Part shown: piece by piece, positions 1-9,242 of the stretch
Position numbering within the stretch: position 1 is the stretch's first letter
Layout: every line of letters starts with the position of its first letter
Virus record (IMG/VR): IMGVR_UViG_3300049215_000771
Coordinates: 62,001-126,000 of that record
Length of the DNA stretch: 64,000 bases
Direction: 5' to 3' (one strand)
Position numbers and translations under genes: made by a program
Notes under the pieces: model-generated
The model's database searches: none
What the model was told of the DNA's origin: nothing
The model's input: only the letters and a program-made list of their open reading frames with translations

Positions 1-2
1 CG

Positions 3-425
3 ATTGGCGAGCCGGGTATCAAGTGCCCGAATGCCATCCTTCGTATCCCGACTGTTATTCGTCTGACCCGGTATGACAAGCTGCCGCAGGCGAAGATCAA
101 GTACAACCGTCGCACCATCTACCGCAGGGACAACAACACCTGCCAGTATTGTGGCGCACGACCGGGGACGAAGGAACTGTCGCTTGACCACGTTATTCCT
201 CGTGCCCAGGGCGGTAAGACCGTGTGGGAAAATATCGTGGTCGCTTGCACGGACTGCAACGCTCGGAAGGCAGACCGCACCCCGGCCCAGGCCGGTATGA
301 AGCTGCTCCGTCAGCCGAAGAAGCCGAAGTTCAACCTTTATTCTGGAGACATCCGGGTGAAGGATTGGGAAACTTGGCTGGGTGTGGCCTACTGGCTGAC
401 CGAACTCAAGAACGACGAGGAGTAA
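3..425 (+). CDS. HNH endonuclease (McrA-like), 5'-truncated by window edge
   Basis: Frame 3 is open from the window start: RRDNNTCQYCG...LSLDHVIPRAQGGKTVWENIVVACTDCNARK, i.e. CxxC-DH-N-CxxCN. Confidence 0.85.
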   Translation: MGEPGIKCPNAILRIPTVIRLTRYDKLPQAKIKYNRRTIYRRDNNTCQYCGARPGTKELSLDHVIPRAQGGKTVWENIVVACTDCNARKADRTPAQAGMKLLRQPKKPKFNLYSGDIRVKDWETWLGVAYWLTELKNDEE

Positions 426-431
426 CCCTTG

Positions 432-456
432 GCCGGGCGTATAGAATACGCCCGGC
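432..456 (+). terminator. GC-rich hairpin after HNH gene
   Basis: GCCGGGCGTAT-AGA-ATACGCCCGGC, 11-bp stem; weak U-tract. Confidence 0.45.
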
Positions 457-473
457 TATTTCTATATACAGGC

Positions 474-644
474 ATGAAACGTGTCACTTTCAAGGAATGG
501 CTGGAAAAACGGGAAGGCAAGGTCAAGATTGCCGGCAAACCCGTGCGCCGACTCCCGCCTCCAAAACCTGGCGAAGATTCCGTGAAGACCGTCGATGGCC
601 TTCACCAGTACAAGCCCATGTCCGAACTTCCTCCTGGGCTTTAG
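474..644 (+). CDS. hypothetical basic protein, 56 aa (TAG stop)
   Basis: ATG 474, MKRVTFKEWLEKREGK...; fills the gap between hairpin and promoter. Confidence 0.55.
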   Translation: MKRVTFKEWLEKREGKVKIAGKPVRRLPPPKPGEDSVKTVDGLHQYKPMSELPPGL

Positions 645-652
645 TTTTGATC

Positions 653-681
653 TTTACAACCAGTGTATTTCGAGATAGAAT
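653..681 (+). promoter_or_regulatory. sigma70-type promoter
   Basis: TTTACA-17-TAGAAT. Confidence 0.7.
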
Positions 682-714
682 CTGGTCATGACTGTTTTCT
701 AACCGAGAAGAACC

Positions 715-987
715 ATGACCACCAAAGTCACCCAAGCGGAATGCGAAGAGGCCAGGCCCGTTTGTGATCTGGTCTACACTGTCATCAAGGATCACCCGGA
801 AGGGATCAATTATCCCGACCTGATCCGTGAAATCAGGCTGCGGGGATGCACGATTTCTGATCTTTCGGAGCGTGTGCATTTTTCGCTGCACTGTATGGTT
901 TGTCACGGGGTTTGCGATAGGCTGGAAGCGCCGACCCTGGAGCGTATCTACCAACTTCCGGCACTGGAGAAGAAGTCCAATGAGTAA
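715..987 (+). CDS. hypothetical protein, possible winged-helix
   Basis: 90-aa ORF after the promoter; LVYTVIKDHPEGINYPDLIREI resembles a wHTH start. Confidence 0.55.
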   Translation: MTTKVTQAECEEARPVCDLVYTVIKDHPEGINYPDLIREIRLRGCTISDLSERVHFSLHCMVCHGVCDRLEAPTLERIYQLPALEKKSNE

Positions 988-1778
988 GCGCAAGAATCAG
1001 TGGTTCGAGGAACGCAAGGTCCAGCAGCCGGCGACTGTTTGTCTTTGAGGCAGCCAACACCCTTCTCGTCGAACTTCAGTTCGGCGAAGGCGGCACGGAC
1101 TCAAAGCTGTTCGTTGCTGACCTTCTACTCACCTACCAACGCTACGCCGCCATCAAAGGCTTCAAGACAGAACTCCTCTCCGAAGAAAATGGCAAAGCCA
1201 TGCTCAAGGTGATGGGGAAGAATGTCTGGACGGCCTTCAAGAATGAACCCGGCAAGCACGTTGTTCAGCGTGTGCCTCCGACCGAGCGTTCGGGGCGGTG
1301 GCAAACATCTGTGATTTCCGTCGCCGTCCTGCCGCTGCCCCCGGAAAACAAGCTGGTTCCACTCCAAGAAAAAGACTTGGAAATTACCACGCAAACCGGC
1401 AAGCAGAAGGCGGGCGGACAAAACGTCAACAAAGTCGCCAGCGCCGTCAGGATGAAGCATAAGCCTACGGGTCTGTCTGTATTCATCAACGGGCGGGACC
1501 AAGGCCAGAACAAGAAGGAAGCCCTGCATGTTCTGACGGCCAGGGTCAACCAGCTTCGTCTCGACAAGACCGCCTCCGATTACGACAATCTGAGGACGGG
1601 ACAGATGAAGGGAATCGGCGACAAACTCGGTGGTAGGGGCGACAAGATTCGTACCTACAACTTCATCAAGTCGAGGGTGGTGGATCACAGACTCGGCGTG
1701 AAGACCGGAAACATCAAGGAAGTGATGAAGGGAAACCTCACACTCCTGTTCGACAGTCAAGAAAAAGATGAAGAATAA
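980..1778 (+). CDS. prfA: class I peptide chain release factor, RF1-like, lacking domain 1; predicted +1 frameshift at 1043-1049 (about 265 aa)
   Basis: GGQ motif (AGGQNVNK), VQRVPPTE (PxT) and RTYNF..RVVDHR. RF homology (LVELQFGEGGTDSKLF) continues upstream of ATG 1200 to 1047 with no in-frame ATG/GTG/TTG. ATG 980 (GGAG upstream) opens a 22-codon frame ending CTT TGA. Confidence 0.85.
1043..1049 (+). other. candidate programmed +1 ribosomal frameshift site CUU-UGA
   Basis: CTT(1043-1045) TGA(1046-1048); the +1 codon GAG at 1047 is in the RF frame. Same core as the prfB shift site, but no Shine-Dalgarno 3 nt upstream. Confidence 0.6.
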
Positions 1779-1783
1779 CAAAG

Positions 1784-1821
1784 AAAAGGCCAGGCCGATT
1801 TGATTCGGCCTGGCCTTTTTT
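1784..1821. terminator. bidirectional intrinsic terminator
   Basis: AAAAGGCCAGGCCGA...TCGGCCTGGCCTTTTTT between convergent genes. Confidence 0.8.
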
Positions 1822-1833
1822 CCCTTTTTTGTT

Positions 1834-2610
1834 TCAATTAGCCTTGAATCGGACATATTTGTGGGCTGTCCAGAAGTCGGAAGCGAGTTCCGGGTTCTCG
1901 ATGTAAGCGTAAGGCATTTCAAAGTAACCACTCATGCCCCAGCTTGCGCCCCAGGAATTGCGGACCTTGACCATCTTCGTGGCGTCGTTATAGCCAACTG
2001 CACATACAGCGTGACCACCAACAACCTGCTCGCCAGGCTTCGGCATCGGCATGATGCCAGTGTTGGCAACAGCGTCAGACTCGAAACTTTCGTATACGAC
2101 GAAACCGAAAATGAAAGGGTAGCCCTGCGCCAAGCACTGCTTCATGGCGGTCAAATTGCCATCGCCAATCTGCAAGCCCTTGTCAATGCTGTGCCAGTAA
2201 CCATCAGACCAAACAGGCTTAGATGGTTTTTCGGCGAACTTGTTGCCCTGGTCGGTGTACGGCCACAGGCTTTCGTGAGGAACGCCAAATCGAACAAGGG
2301 TGTTCATGGCATGAGCCAGGGTAGAACCATCATCCGATTGGGTGGTTCCATCCTGAAGGCGGTTCCACCAGTAGATTGCCAAACGAGATGGTACAAACTC
2401 GCCCAGCTTCAATTTCATCATGAGGAATTCAGCGAAACCAGCGGCAGAGTTGCCGGTGCAGGAACCAAGCTGCCCCTGGTCGTAGACAGCCGGACATTGC
2501 GGCGTCAGGTCAACTTCTGCGGGAAGGTTTGCTGCCTCGATTTCGGGCAGGAACTTGTGAGGGTGGTCAATGACCGGACCCTTCTTCCAACCATATGCGT
2601 ATTTTCCCAT
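1834..2610 (-). CDS. papain-family (C1A) cysteine peptidase
   Basis: QGQLGSCTGN, GGHAVCAVGY and VRNSWG catalytic motifs. Confidence 0.9.
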   Translation of the reverse strand: MGKYAYGWKKGPVIDHPHKFLPEIEAANLPAEVDLTPQCPAVYDQGQLGSCTGNSAAGFAEFLMMKLKLGEFVPSRLAIYWWNRLQDGTTQSDDGSTLAHAMNTLVRFGVPHESLWPYTDQGNKFAEKPSKPVWSDGYWHSIDKGLQIGDGNLTAMKQCLAQGYPFIFGFVVYESFESDAVANTGIMPMPKPGEQVVGGHAVCAVGYNDATKMVKVRNSWGASWGMSGYFEMPYAYIENPELASDFWTAHKYVRFKAN

Positions 2611-2674
2611 AAGCCTCCATTCAAAACTGAGAGAAGAAAAGACATGAGTATGTATTCCTCAACAACAAGTTTCG

Positions 2675-3238
2675 ATGTACAATGACCATATGCAGCACGA
2701 CAAACTCACGAATCTGGTGAAAGAATTCGCCTTGTCATTTGGCGATTTCACCCTCTCTAGTGGCGCAAAATCCCCATATTTTGTGGATATGAGCAAGGTC
2801 ACAAACCACGGTGAAGGTTTGGATGTCATCACCCTGGAATTTTCCCGAATGATAGGAGATGCCGATGCCATTGGCGGTCCAGTTTTGGGCGCAGCCCCTC
2901 TTGTAGCTGGAACTATCTTGGCTCATCGCCGGGATCATTTCGGTATGGCGAAGCCATTGCGAGGTTTCCTGGTTCGTAAAGAGCCGAAAGATGGGGAATA
3001 TATTGAAGGTTTCCTGAAGAAAGGCGACAAAGTGGTAGTCGTTGAGGATGTTGTTACCACGGGGACGCAAACCTTCAATGCCATCAAGCACGTTGAGGCC
3101 GCAGGAGGCCGAGTTGTGGGTGTTCTGGCGGTTCTGGATCGTCTCGCCGGGGCCAAGGGGAAGCTGGCCGATTACCACTTCCGGGCGCTGCTCACGATAG
3201 AAGATTTGGGAATTTCTGCGAACCTAACGGCCCCTTGA
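2675..3238 (+). CDS. pyrE: orotate phosphoribosyltransferase
   Basis: GDFTLSSGAKSPYFVD, LVRKEPK and VVVVEDVVTTG PRPP-binding loop. Confidence 0.88.
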   Translation: MYNDHMQHDKLTNLVKEFALSFGDFTLSSGAKSPYFVDMSKVTNHGEGLDVITLEFSRMIGDADAIGGPVLGAAPLVAGTILAHRRDHFGMAKPLRGFLVRKEPKDGEYIEGFLKKGDKVVVVEDVVTTGTQTFNAIKHVEAAGGRVVGVLAVLDRLAGAKGKLADYHFRALLTIEDLGISANLTAP

Positions 3239-3258
3239 CGGGTCTTACTGGAGGCGAC

Positions 3259-3735
3259 ATGCACGTTGGCGATTTTTTCCGGGGTGTGGCCCGGTTTATT
3301 GACGAGAAGTTTGTACACTACGCTGGCAGGCCGCTGGTACACTACAGGCTCCTGCCGGTCAGTGTCAAACATGATGCGGACGGGTTGTATTACCCTGAGT
3401 CCACCGAGAAGAAGTGGGAAAACAAACCTACCTTTCTGCGAGGTTTTTACGAGATTCCTGTCTCGACAGCGACCGGCCAGTTTGGTATTGATGCACCAGA
3501 CGAAATGCTTGTTGAGTTGGGATTTAACGACACTGTGAAGGCGCTCGGCAAAGTTCCTGGCATCGGCGATCTCTTCCTGGATTGCAACCATGACAAGTGG
3601 ATTGTCGTCCAAAGAAGCAGAAAAGATGACATGGTGCGAGGCCAAAACCGCCTGATTTTGACAGTTTGTCGGTTCCAGGAGTCTGTGACTACGGGAGGCA
3701 AGCAAGATGTCGAACATCATCAAGGAACTGTATGA
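3259..3735 (+). CDS. hypothetical protein, resembles T4 gp14-like neck/head-completion proteins
   Basis: ATG 3259 after GGAGG; LYYPE...QFGID..DE...GKVPGIGDLF pattern recalled from neck proteins. Confidence 0.4.
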   Translation: MHVGDFFRGVARFIDEKFVHYAGRPLVHYRLLPVSVKHDADGLYYPESTEKKWENKPTFLRGFYEIPVSTATGQFGIDAPDEMLVELGFNDTVKALGKVPGIGDLFLDCNHDKWIVVQRSRKDDMVRGQNRLILTVCRFQESVTTGGKQDVEHHQGTV

Positions 3736-4846
3736 CAAGGGACTGGCAAGCTGTGGCGGACATCACTGGATGCCCGACAACATGCACTACATCACGATGA
3801 TGGGTTCGGTCGCCTACGGCGTCAGCAACGACACATCCGACACCGACATTTACTCCTTCTGCATCCCGCCGAAGGACAACTTGTTCCCGCACCTTCGGGG
3901 CGAGATCGTCGGGTTCGGCGATGCCAAGCACGCCAACAACAGGTTCCGCAACCATCAGCAGCATCACGTCAAGGATGTTGGCGCTGAGAAGGAGTACGAT
4001 CTCAACGTCTACAACATCGTTGACTACTTCCAGTTGGTGATGGAAAACAACCCGAACATGATCGACAGTTTGTTCACTCCGCAGTTCTGTGTTCTGCACA
4101 GTACCCGGATCGGCCAGATGGTTCGTGAGGCTCGGAAAACTTTCCTTCACCGTGGCGCATGGCACGCCTTCAAGGGCTACAGCTATGCTCAACTGAAAAA
4201 GATGAGGCCGGGCGAGGAATTGGTCTGCCCGGAGTGTGAGCAGATCAGCAAGGGGTGGCATTCCAAGGACAACAAGTTCGAGGTTGCCTACGCCTTGATG
4301 CTCGACTTGTGGGCAGCCCTGGAGCGTGACCAGGGAACTTTGACGGACGAGGAACTGGACAAGTATTGCTTTTACTGTGCCAAGTCCAGGAAGGTTTCCA
4401 AGCTGGAGAAGCAGAAGGTCAACCGGCGTGTCGGGAAGCGAAAGGAATCTGTCGAGAAGTACGGATTCGACCCGAAATTCGCCTACCACGTTGTTCGGCT
4501 CCTGGGTGAAATCGAACAGATTCTCACCGAGGGTGACATCGACCTGCAACGGAACCGTGAGCAACTGAAGTCCATCCGGCGTGGCGAATGGACTCTCGAA
4601 CAAATCGAGAGTTACTTCGCCGACAAGGAACCCCAGCTTGAAACTCTCTACAACGAGAACAAGGCTGGGTTGCCGTGGGGTCCGAAGGACGGGGACTTGC
4701 AGAAGAACGTCAAGCAGCTTCTTTTCCATTGCCTGGAAGAACACTACGGTTCGCTTGACAAGTGTGTGGTCAATGTCGATGCCGCCGCAAACGCCCTTCG
4801 GGAGATCGAGGGAATCGTCGCTCGTTACAGAAAGGCGCTTGCATGA
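3707..4846 (+). CDS. Pol-beta superfamily nucleotidyltransferase (RlaP/PF10127-like)
   Basis: GSVAYGVSNDTSDTDI, NNPNMIDSLF, KFAYHVVRLL. Confidence 0.8.
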   Translation: MSNIIKELYDKGLASCGGHHWMPDNMHYITMMGSVAYGVSNDTSDTDIYSFCIPPKDNLFPHLRGEIVGFGDAKHANNRFRNHQQHHVKDVGAEKEYDLNVYNIVDYFQLVMENNPNMIDSLFTPQFCVLHSTRIGQMVREARKTFLHRGAWHAFKGYSYAQLKKMRPGEELVCPECEQISKGWHSKDNKFEVAYALMLDLWAALERDQGTLTDEELDKYCFYCAKSRKVSKLEKQKVNRRVGKRKESVEKYGFDPKFAYHVVRLLGEIEQILTEGDIDLQRNREQLKSIRRGEWTLEQIESYFADKEPQLETLYNENKAGLPWGPKDGDLQKNVKQLLFHCLEEHYGSLDKCVVNVDAAANALREIEGIVARYRKALA

Positions 4847-5478
4847 GGATGTTGGCAACAAGCCTCAAGGACGTTTCGGTCGTCGAGATGCCTCGTCATC
4901 TCGACGACCGAGGCTTCTTTCAGGAAGTCTACAGTCATCGTTGGGCATTTTCCATGCCCATGTACACCATCGGCTATGGCTATCTTGATTGGAAGCAAGT
5001 GAATTGGTCGTTCAGTGCCCCAGGAGTAATCCGGGGCATTCATGTCGCCCCATACGCCAAGTTTGTTACCTGCGTTGGTGGCCATGTTTTTGATGTGGTT
5101 GTTGATTTGCGGCCCGAATCGCCGACCTATCTGAAATGGGAAGGTTTCAACCTAATTTTCACCGAGCCAAGAAGCATCGTTGTTCCTCCAGGCTGTGGGC
5201 ATGGGTTTGCCGTTATCGAGCCTGCGTCTGTTATGTACCTTCAGTCCGACGTTTTTGGCCCCGACAAGGAATGGACAGTTCGCTGGGATGACCCGGAGAT
5301 CGCTGTTCAGTGGCCGCTTCCTGGTGCGCCCGTGTTGTCAGAAAGGGATGCCCTGGCGAAAACCCTGGCCGAGATCAAACAAGCACGAAGTCAGCAAACT
5401 GTATCTGCATCGCCTCATGGGGGAACTTCTTCCCGGAAGCGAGATCAGGGTCCGCTGACCCCCACCAGTTCTCCTTGA
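4843..5478 (+). CDS. rmlC: dTDP-4-dehydrorhamnose 3,5-epimerase
   Basis: DDRGFFQE, GVIRGIH, VFDVVVDLRPESPTY, PPGCGHGF, RWDDPEIAVQWP; ATG overlaps the upstream TGA. Confidence 0.9.
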   Translation: MRMLATSLKDVSVVEMPRHLDDRGFFQEVYSHRWAFSMPMYTIGYGYLDWKQVNWSFSAPGVIRGIHVAPYAKFVTCVGGHVFDVVVDLRPESPTYLKWEGFNLIFTEPRSIVVPPGCGHGFAVIEPASVMYLQSDVFGPDKEWTVRWDDPEIAVQWPLPGAPVLSERDALAKTLAEIKQARSQQTVSASPHGGTSSRKRDQGPLTPTSSP

Positions 5479-6265
5479 TTCGCCGCACGATGGTTGGCCG
5501 GGTTGTGAAGAAGGTTTCAACATCTTGCTTGATGGTCGATTCCACAACAATCTCTAGCCCGGCCTGTTTGAACCATTCTTTGTAGGTTTTGATCGGGTCG
5601 ATTAGCCTGGTTGTTTTGTCCCCCTTCAGCCCCATTCCAAGCAATTCCTGGGGCGTGAATATCAGTTGTAGGTAGGCTTTGTTTAGTTTTCGGTACAGGT
5701 GCGTGCCATGCCTGGATGTCCAGGGGTGGCAGCGTACATGCACTTCCCCCTCAGTTTTCTTGAAGCGGTTGATTAGCTTCAGAATCGTCACCGGGTCATC
5801 TGTGTGATCCAACACGTCGTACAGCAACACTACGTCGAAGTCCCCTTCGGTCAGTGGTTTACTTGTCAGAATAAGGCCAGGTGTCGAAAAATCCTTCACA
5901 ATGGGGTCGTACCCGACTGAAAGAACCGCCCCGTGGTCAACGGCTCGGCGGGCCACATGGCCTTCGCCGCACCCGTAGTCCAAGAATTTTTTGCCTTTCA
6001 AGTTGGCATTCATGAATTCGATGATGCCTTCGGCTCGGTTGTTCTTACCTTCTTCTGTGTCGCTGGCAACAAGAGCTTCTTCGATGGCTTCCGGCCAGAT
6101 GTTGCTTTTCGTCAACATGCGCAGGTCGGTTAGCTCGGCGAGTTTTTCGTCGGGAGTGGCTGGGGCTGGGGTGACACGTTTTTCTTCATCCAGGATGGAT
6201 TTGAAGTAAGCGAGCATGTGTTCAAGGGCACGGATATATTCTTTGACGTTTTTCAGGTTAGTCAT
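5375..6265 (-). CDS. class I SAM-dependent methyltransferase
   Basis: FLDYGCGEG motif I; FDVVLLYDVLDH. Confidence 0.8.
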   Translation of the reverse strand: MTNLKNVKEYIRALEHMLAYFKSILDEEKRVTPAPATPDEKLAELTDLRMLTKSNIWPEAIEEALVASDTEEGKNNRAEGIIEFMNANLKGKKFLDYGCGEGHVARRAVDHGAVLSVGYDPIVKDFSTPGLILTSKPLTEGDFDVVLLYDVLDHTDDPVTILKLINRFKKTEGEVHVRCHPWTSRHGTHLYRKLNKAYLQLIFTPQELLGMGLKGDKTTRLIDPIKTYKEWFKQAGLEIVVESTIKQDVETFFTTRPTIVRRIKENWWGSADPDLASGKKFPHEAMQIQFADFVLV

Positions 6266-6291
6266 CGCTTCCTCACTCTAATATGTAGTTA

Positions 6292-6837
6292 TTGTACCTG
6301 GAGCATCAAATGATCCATTTTGATCGACAAATCGTTGTTGGAATAGTGTTGGATATTTCCATCCAGCATCGCAACGGCAGCAGACACATTGATATAGTGA
6401 AGTCGGGATTAGTTGATTTTTCAACTAAGTTGGGCCTGAACTGTGGCATTTATGTCGCTCATCCCAACAAACACGAAATGCCAAGACAACAAGGAGAAAG
6501 TGTGGCGGGCATCTTCTCTTATAGTGAGCCACTTGGTTTCCGTCCCGCTGATGCGTTTCTTCAGGCGACGGAGATGATCGCCGCTCAGGAAGCAGACGAG
6601 AAGTATGTGGTCCTGATTACCGACCGTTTCAGGCCGAGCAACCAGTACCTCAAACCTTTGTCGCTTAACGAAAGCAGGAAATATGGGTGTAAGTTCCTGT
6701 TTCTTGGTATAGGCGATACATATGACAGAAGTGACCTCAACAAGTTCAAGGAACATAAAGATTGCAGCGTCTATCATTTCGATGACCCGGCTCAGGTGGC
6801 ACAAAAAATTACCGAAACCATCATCATAGGTGTATAA
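6292..6837 (+). CDS. degenerate vWA-like domain protein
   Basis: IVLDIS, VVLITD and FLFLGIG strand pattern; MIDAS incomplete; start uncertain. Confidence 0.45.
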   Translation: MYLEHQMIHFDRQIVVGIVLDISIQHRNGSRHIDIVKSGLVDFSTKLGLNCGIYVAHPNKHEMPRQQGESVAGIFSYSEPLGFRPADAFLQATEMIAAQEADEKYVVLITDRFRPSNQYLKPLSLNESRKYGCKFLFLGIGDTYDRSDLNKFKEHKDCSVYHFDDPAQVAQKITETIIIGV

Positions 6838-7629
6838 ATGGCGGAAAACCACAAGGCGAGGCCGTATCAGAACATGCCCTTTCACATGAAAGCAGTTGAC
6901 ATCATTGTTCCTTTCCACGGCGAGCATGATCGTGTAGCGAAACTGTTGGAAAGTATCTTCTTCACGGTGCGAACAAATCGCTACCGGGTGACGCTGGTGG
7001 ATGATGCCTCGCCTAACAGCGTTTTCCACACACAATTCAGCAAGGTTCCAGGTGTGTATGCGATTCGCAATGACAAGCAAATTGGTTTCGGTGCATCTGT
7101 CAACAAGGCTATTGCTCACACCGCCGCTCCCATCATTTCTGCCAAGGGCCAGAAGATTTTGCCACCAAACTACATCTGTATCATCCAGTCAGACGTGGTT
7201 GTTGAATCCAACACCTGGCTCTCGAAACTTGGAGAAACTTTGCAGGAGTTGAAAGATCATGGCGTCAAGATGGTTAGCCCGCTCACTGATAATCCAGTAG
7301 TCAACGACGACAGGCTCAAGGCCGGCAAAAACGAGTTGAGAGAAGACACAGTTGCCCTCTCCAGTGGGTTTTTGCCGATGTACTGCGTCCTGTGTCATCG
7401 AGAGCTATTCAAGCGAATTGGCAAGCTGAAGGAACTTCCTTACGCTGGCGGGGAGGCTGAGGAATTTGCGTTCAGGATGAAGCAAAATGGTTTCCGACAG
7501 GCTGTTTGTGGTCAAAGCTGGGTCCACCATGATGGGCGGGCCACGCTCTCGAAGTACGATAACGATAAGAAAGTACAAGAAATCTTGCGAAAAGCTGCCT
7601 ATCAAGTTCCGCAGCAACCCAAAAAATGA
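6838..7629 (+). CDS. glycosyltransferase family 2
   Basis: VDIIVPFH, LVDDAS, IGFGASVN, IQSDVVV, WVHHDG. Confidence 0.85.
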   Translation: MAENHKARPYQNMPFHMKAVDIIVPFHGEHDRVAKLLESIFFTVRTNRYRVTLVDDASPNSVFHTQFSKVPGVYAIRNDKQIGFGASVNKAIAHTAAPIISAKGQKILPPNYICIIQSDVVVESNTWLSKLGETLQELKDHGVKMVSPLTDNPVVNDDRLKAGKNELREDTVALSSGFLPMYCVLCHRELFKRIGKLKELPYAGGEAEEFAFRMKQNGFRQAVCGQSWVHHDGRATLSKYDNDKKVQEILRKAAYQVPQQPKK

Positions 7630-7684
7630 GATGGGGTTTCTACATATCATTGAAAGTTGTCAAACATTCACGGAGGACAATCTC

Positions 7685-7834
7685 ATGAGATGCAAGAAAC
7701 CAAATGGTTCCTTTACCACCGTCACCTGGCGGTTTTTCTACCCGCAGTGCGAGGTAGGTGATCTTCACTGCAACGGTCTGGCCGGTGCTTGGGTAGCGGC
7801 TGTTACCATCTGCAATCAGCAGTTGTTCTTCTAA
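7685..7834 (+). CDS. small Cys-rich hypothetical protein, 49 aa
   Basis: GGAGG RBS then ATG 7685 (MRCKKPNG...); followed by a terminator. Confidence 0.45.
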   Translation: MRCKKPNGSFTTVTWRFFYPQCEVGDLHCNGLAGAWVAAVTICNQQLFF

Positions 7835-7845
7835 GACAACTGAAT

Positions 7846-7878
7846 GAAAAAAGCGGGGATTATTTCCCCGCTTTTTTC
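7846..7878. terminator. bidirectional intrinsic terminator
   Basis: GAAAAAAGCGGGGA-TTATT-TCCCCGCTTTTTTC. Confidence 0.8.
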
Positions 7879-8323
7879 ATGCGCAGAATTTGGCGTACAT
7901 TTCCTTGGCGATGGCCTCGTACACGGCGTCAGTCGGCTTGCCGGCCTCGCTGTGGTAGTGAGTTTTCCCGCCAGCGTCGGCGCTGATGCTAAATTGCTTG
8001 TCGAAGACTTCCCACACCATTTGTTGGATTGTTTCGATGGTGCGGGGTTTCAGGTCGGCGAGCCGTCGAAGGATCATTCTTCCTTCATTCTCATATTCAT
8101 CTTTGGGAACTTCACAAGGCACGAGCCGGATGGGGTCGTGTTTGTAGAGAGTTTCCACCATCCAGTCGTAGTCGCTGCCGAACTGGAGGCGATCTTCCAT
8201 TTTCTCGATCTGGTGGAATTGTTGAAGTTCTTTACGCTCCTCGTCGCTGAGTTGCGACCCATAGGGCCGGGTGCGGAAGCGTTGTTTGAGTTCGGCAAAC
8301 TTTTCCTGTTGCTGTTTGTTCAT
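7877..8323 (-). CDS. hypothetical protein with DEYExE motif (DUF1871-like)
   Basis: MNKQQQEKF... after GGAG; DEYENEGRMIL. Confidence 0.55.
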   Translation of the reverse strand: MNKQQQEKFAELKQRFRTRPYGSQLSDEERKELQQFHQIEKMEDRLQFGSDYDWMVETLYKHDPIRLVPCEVPKDEYENEGRMILRRLADLKPRTIETIQQMVWEVFDKQFSISADAGGKTHYHSEAGKPTDAVYEAIAKEMYAKFCA

Positions 8324-8471
8324 GGCAGTCTCCGCATAACCCGCAATGCGGGCATTTGTCAATTGGTTCCCCGATCACCCGTAGGAACATTTCATCGTCC
8401 AGCAACATGATCGGGTAGTAATAGCACAGGTTGCAACACGGGCAGTATTCAACTTCGGCGAGGACGCTCAT
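8232..8471 (-). CDS. small Cys-rich protein (CxxC pairs)
   Basis: MSVLAEVEYCPCC...KCPHCGLC; overlaps the next gene by about 90 nt. Confidence 0.35.
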   Translation of the reverse strand: MSVLAEVEYCPCCNLCYYYPIMLLDDEMFLRVIGEPIDKCPHCGLCGDCHEQTATGKVCRTQTTLPHPALWVATQRRGA

Positions 8472-8478
8472 GCCATAT

Positions 8479-9108
8479 TTACGGCAGGAGCGCTTTGATT
8501 CGAGGGAGTAGATTGAACAGTTCGTCATCGCTGGCGTCCTTTCCATCCCACGGCGATATTTGAATGTGTCGCTCCGTGGGATACACCAGGTCGTAGTTTT
8601 TCGGGTCGTAGGAACGAGGCTCCTTGGTGGGCTGAAAGCCCAATGCCTTCATCTTCTCCTGCACACCAGCCGTTCTCGGCCCCAGGTCATCCACCAACAA
8701 GTTGTGTGGATGTGACGGGATTTTTCCGAAGTCTTCCCGTCCATATAACTCTACATCAGGCAGGCCGAGGCGTCGAGCCAACTTCCATTGCCAAGTGGCC
8801 TTGCCGGACGTGAGGATGGCGGTGGTTGGGTCCAGGGCGAGGCACGCTTGCACGAACTCGATGGTCCTGGGGCGGGCGAAAGCAACAACGGTGTAGCCGT
8901 CCCGATCTTCCTGAATGACGCCGCCCCGGTCAAGCCAGAACTGGATTTGTTGCATTCGGGACATGGCTTTGAAGCGGTCGCCATGAATGCGGCGAGCCTC
9001 GAAGCGTTCTTTCAAAGTTTCCGCTTCGGGCATGGGAATGAAACCAGAAAAGGCGGTGTCCAGTGCATGGACAACCGCCAATGTTCCGTCGAAGTCAATG
9101 TGTATCAC
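8479..9108 (-). CDS. HAD-superfamily hydrolase
   Basis: GTG start gives MIHIDFDGT (DxDGT); ILTSG; LLVDD. Confidence 0.7.
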   Translation of the reverse strand: MIHIDFDGTLAVVHALDTAFSGFIPMPEAETLKERFEARRIHGDRFKAMSRMQQIQFWLDRGGVIQEDRDGYTVVAFARPRTIEFVQACLALDPTTAILTSGKATWQWKLARRLGLPDVELYGREDFGKIPSHPHNLLVDDLGPRTAGVQEKMKALGFQPTKEPRSYDPKNYDLVYPTERHIQISPWDGKDASDDELFNLLPRIKALLP

Positions 9109-9242
9109 AGCAGCACCTTGCACAAAATGGCAGGGACAAGAAGGCTCACGCCGGCCCAACCAACAGGATGAAATGACGTGAATTTTTTGTTGGCGTACCA
9201 GCCAAGCGTGAGACACACGGCATAGATGCCAATTGCGGTCAT
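9105..9242 (-). CDS. small membrane protein, 45 aa
   Basis: GGAGG RBS; MTAIGIYAVCLTLGWYANKK...SLLVPAILCKVLL; GTGA overlap with the HAD gene. Confidence 0.55.
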   Translation of the reverse strand: MTAIGIYAVCLTLGWYANKKFTSFHPVGWAGVSLLVPAILCKVLL

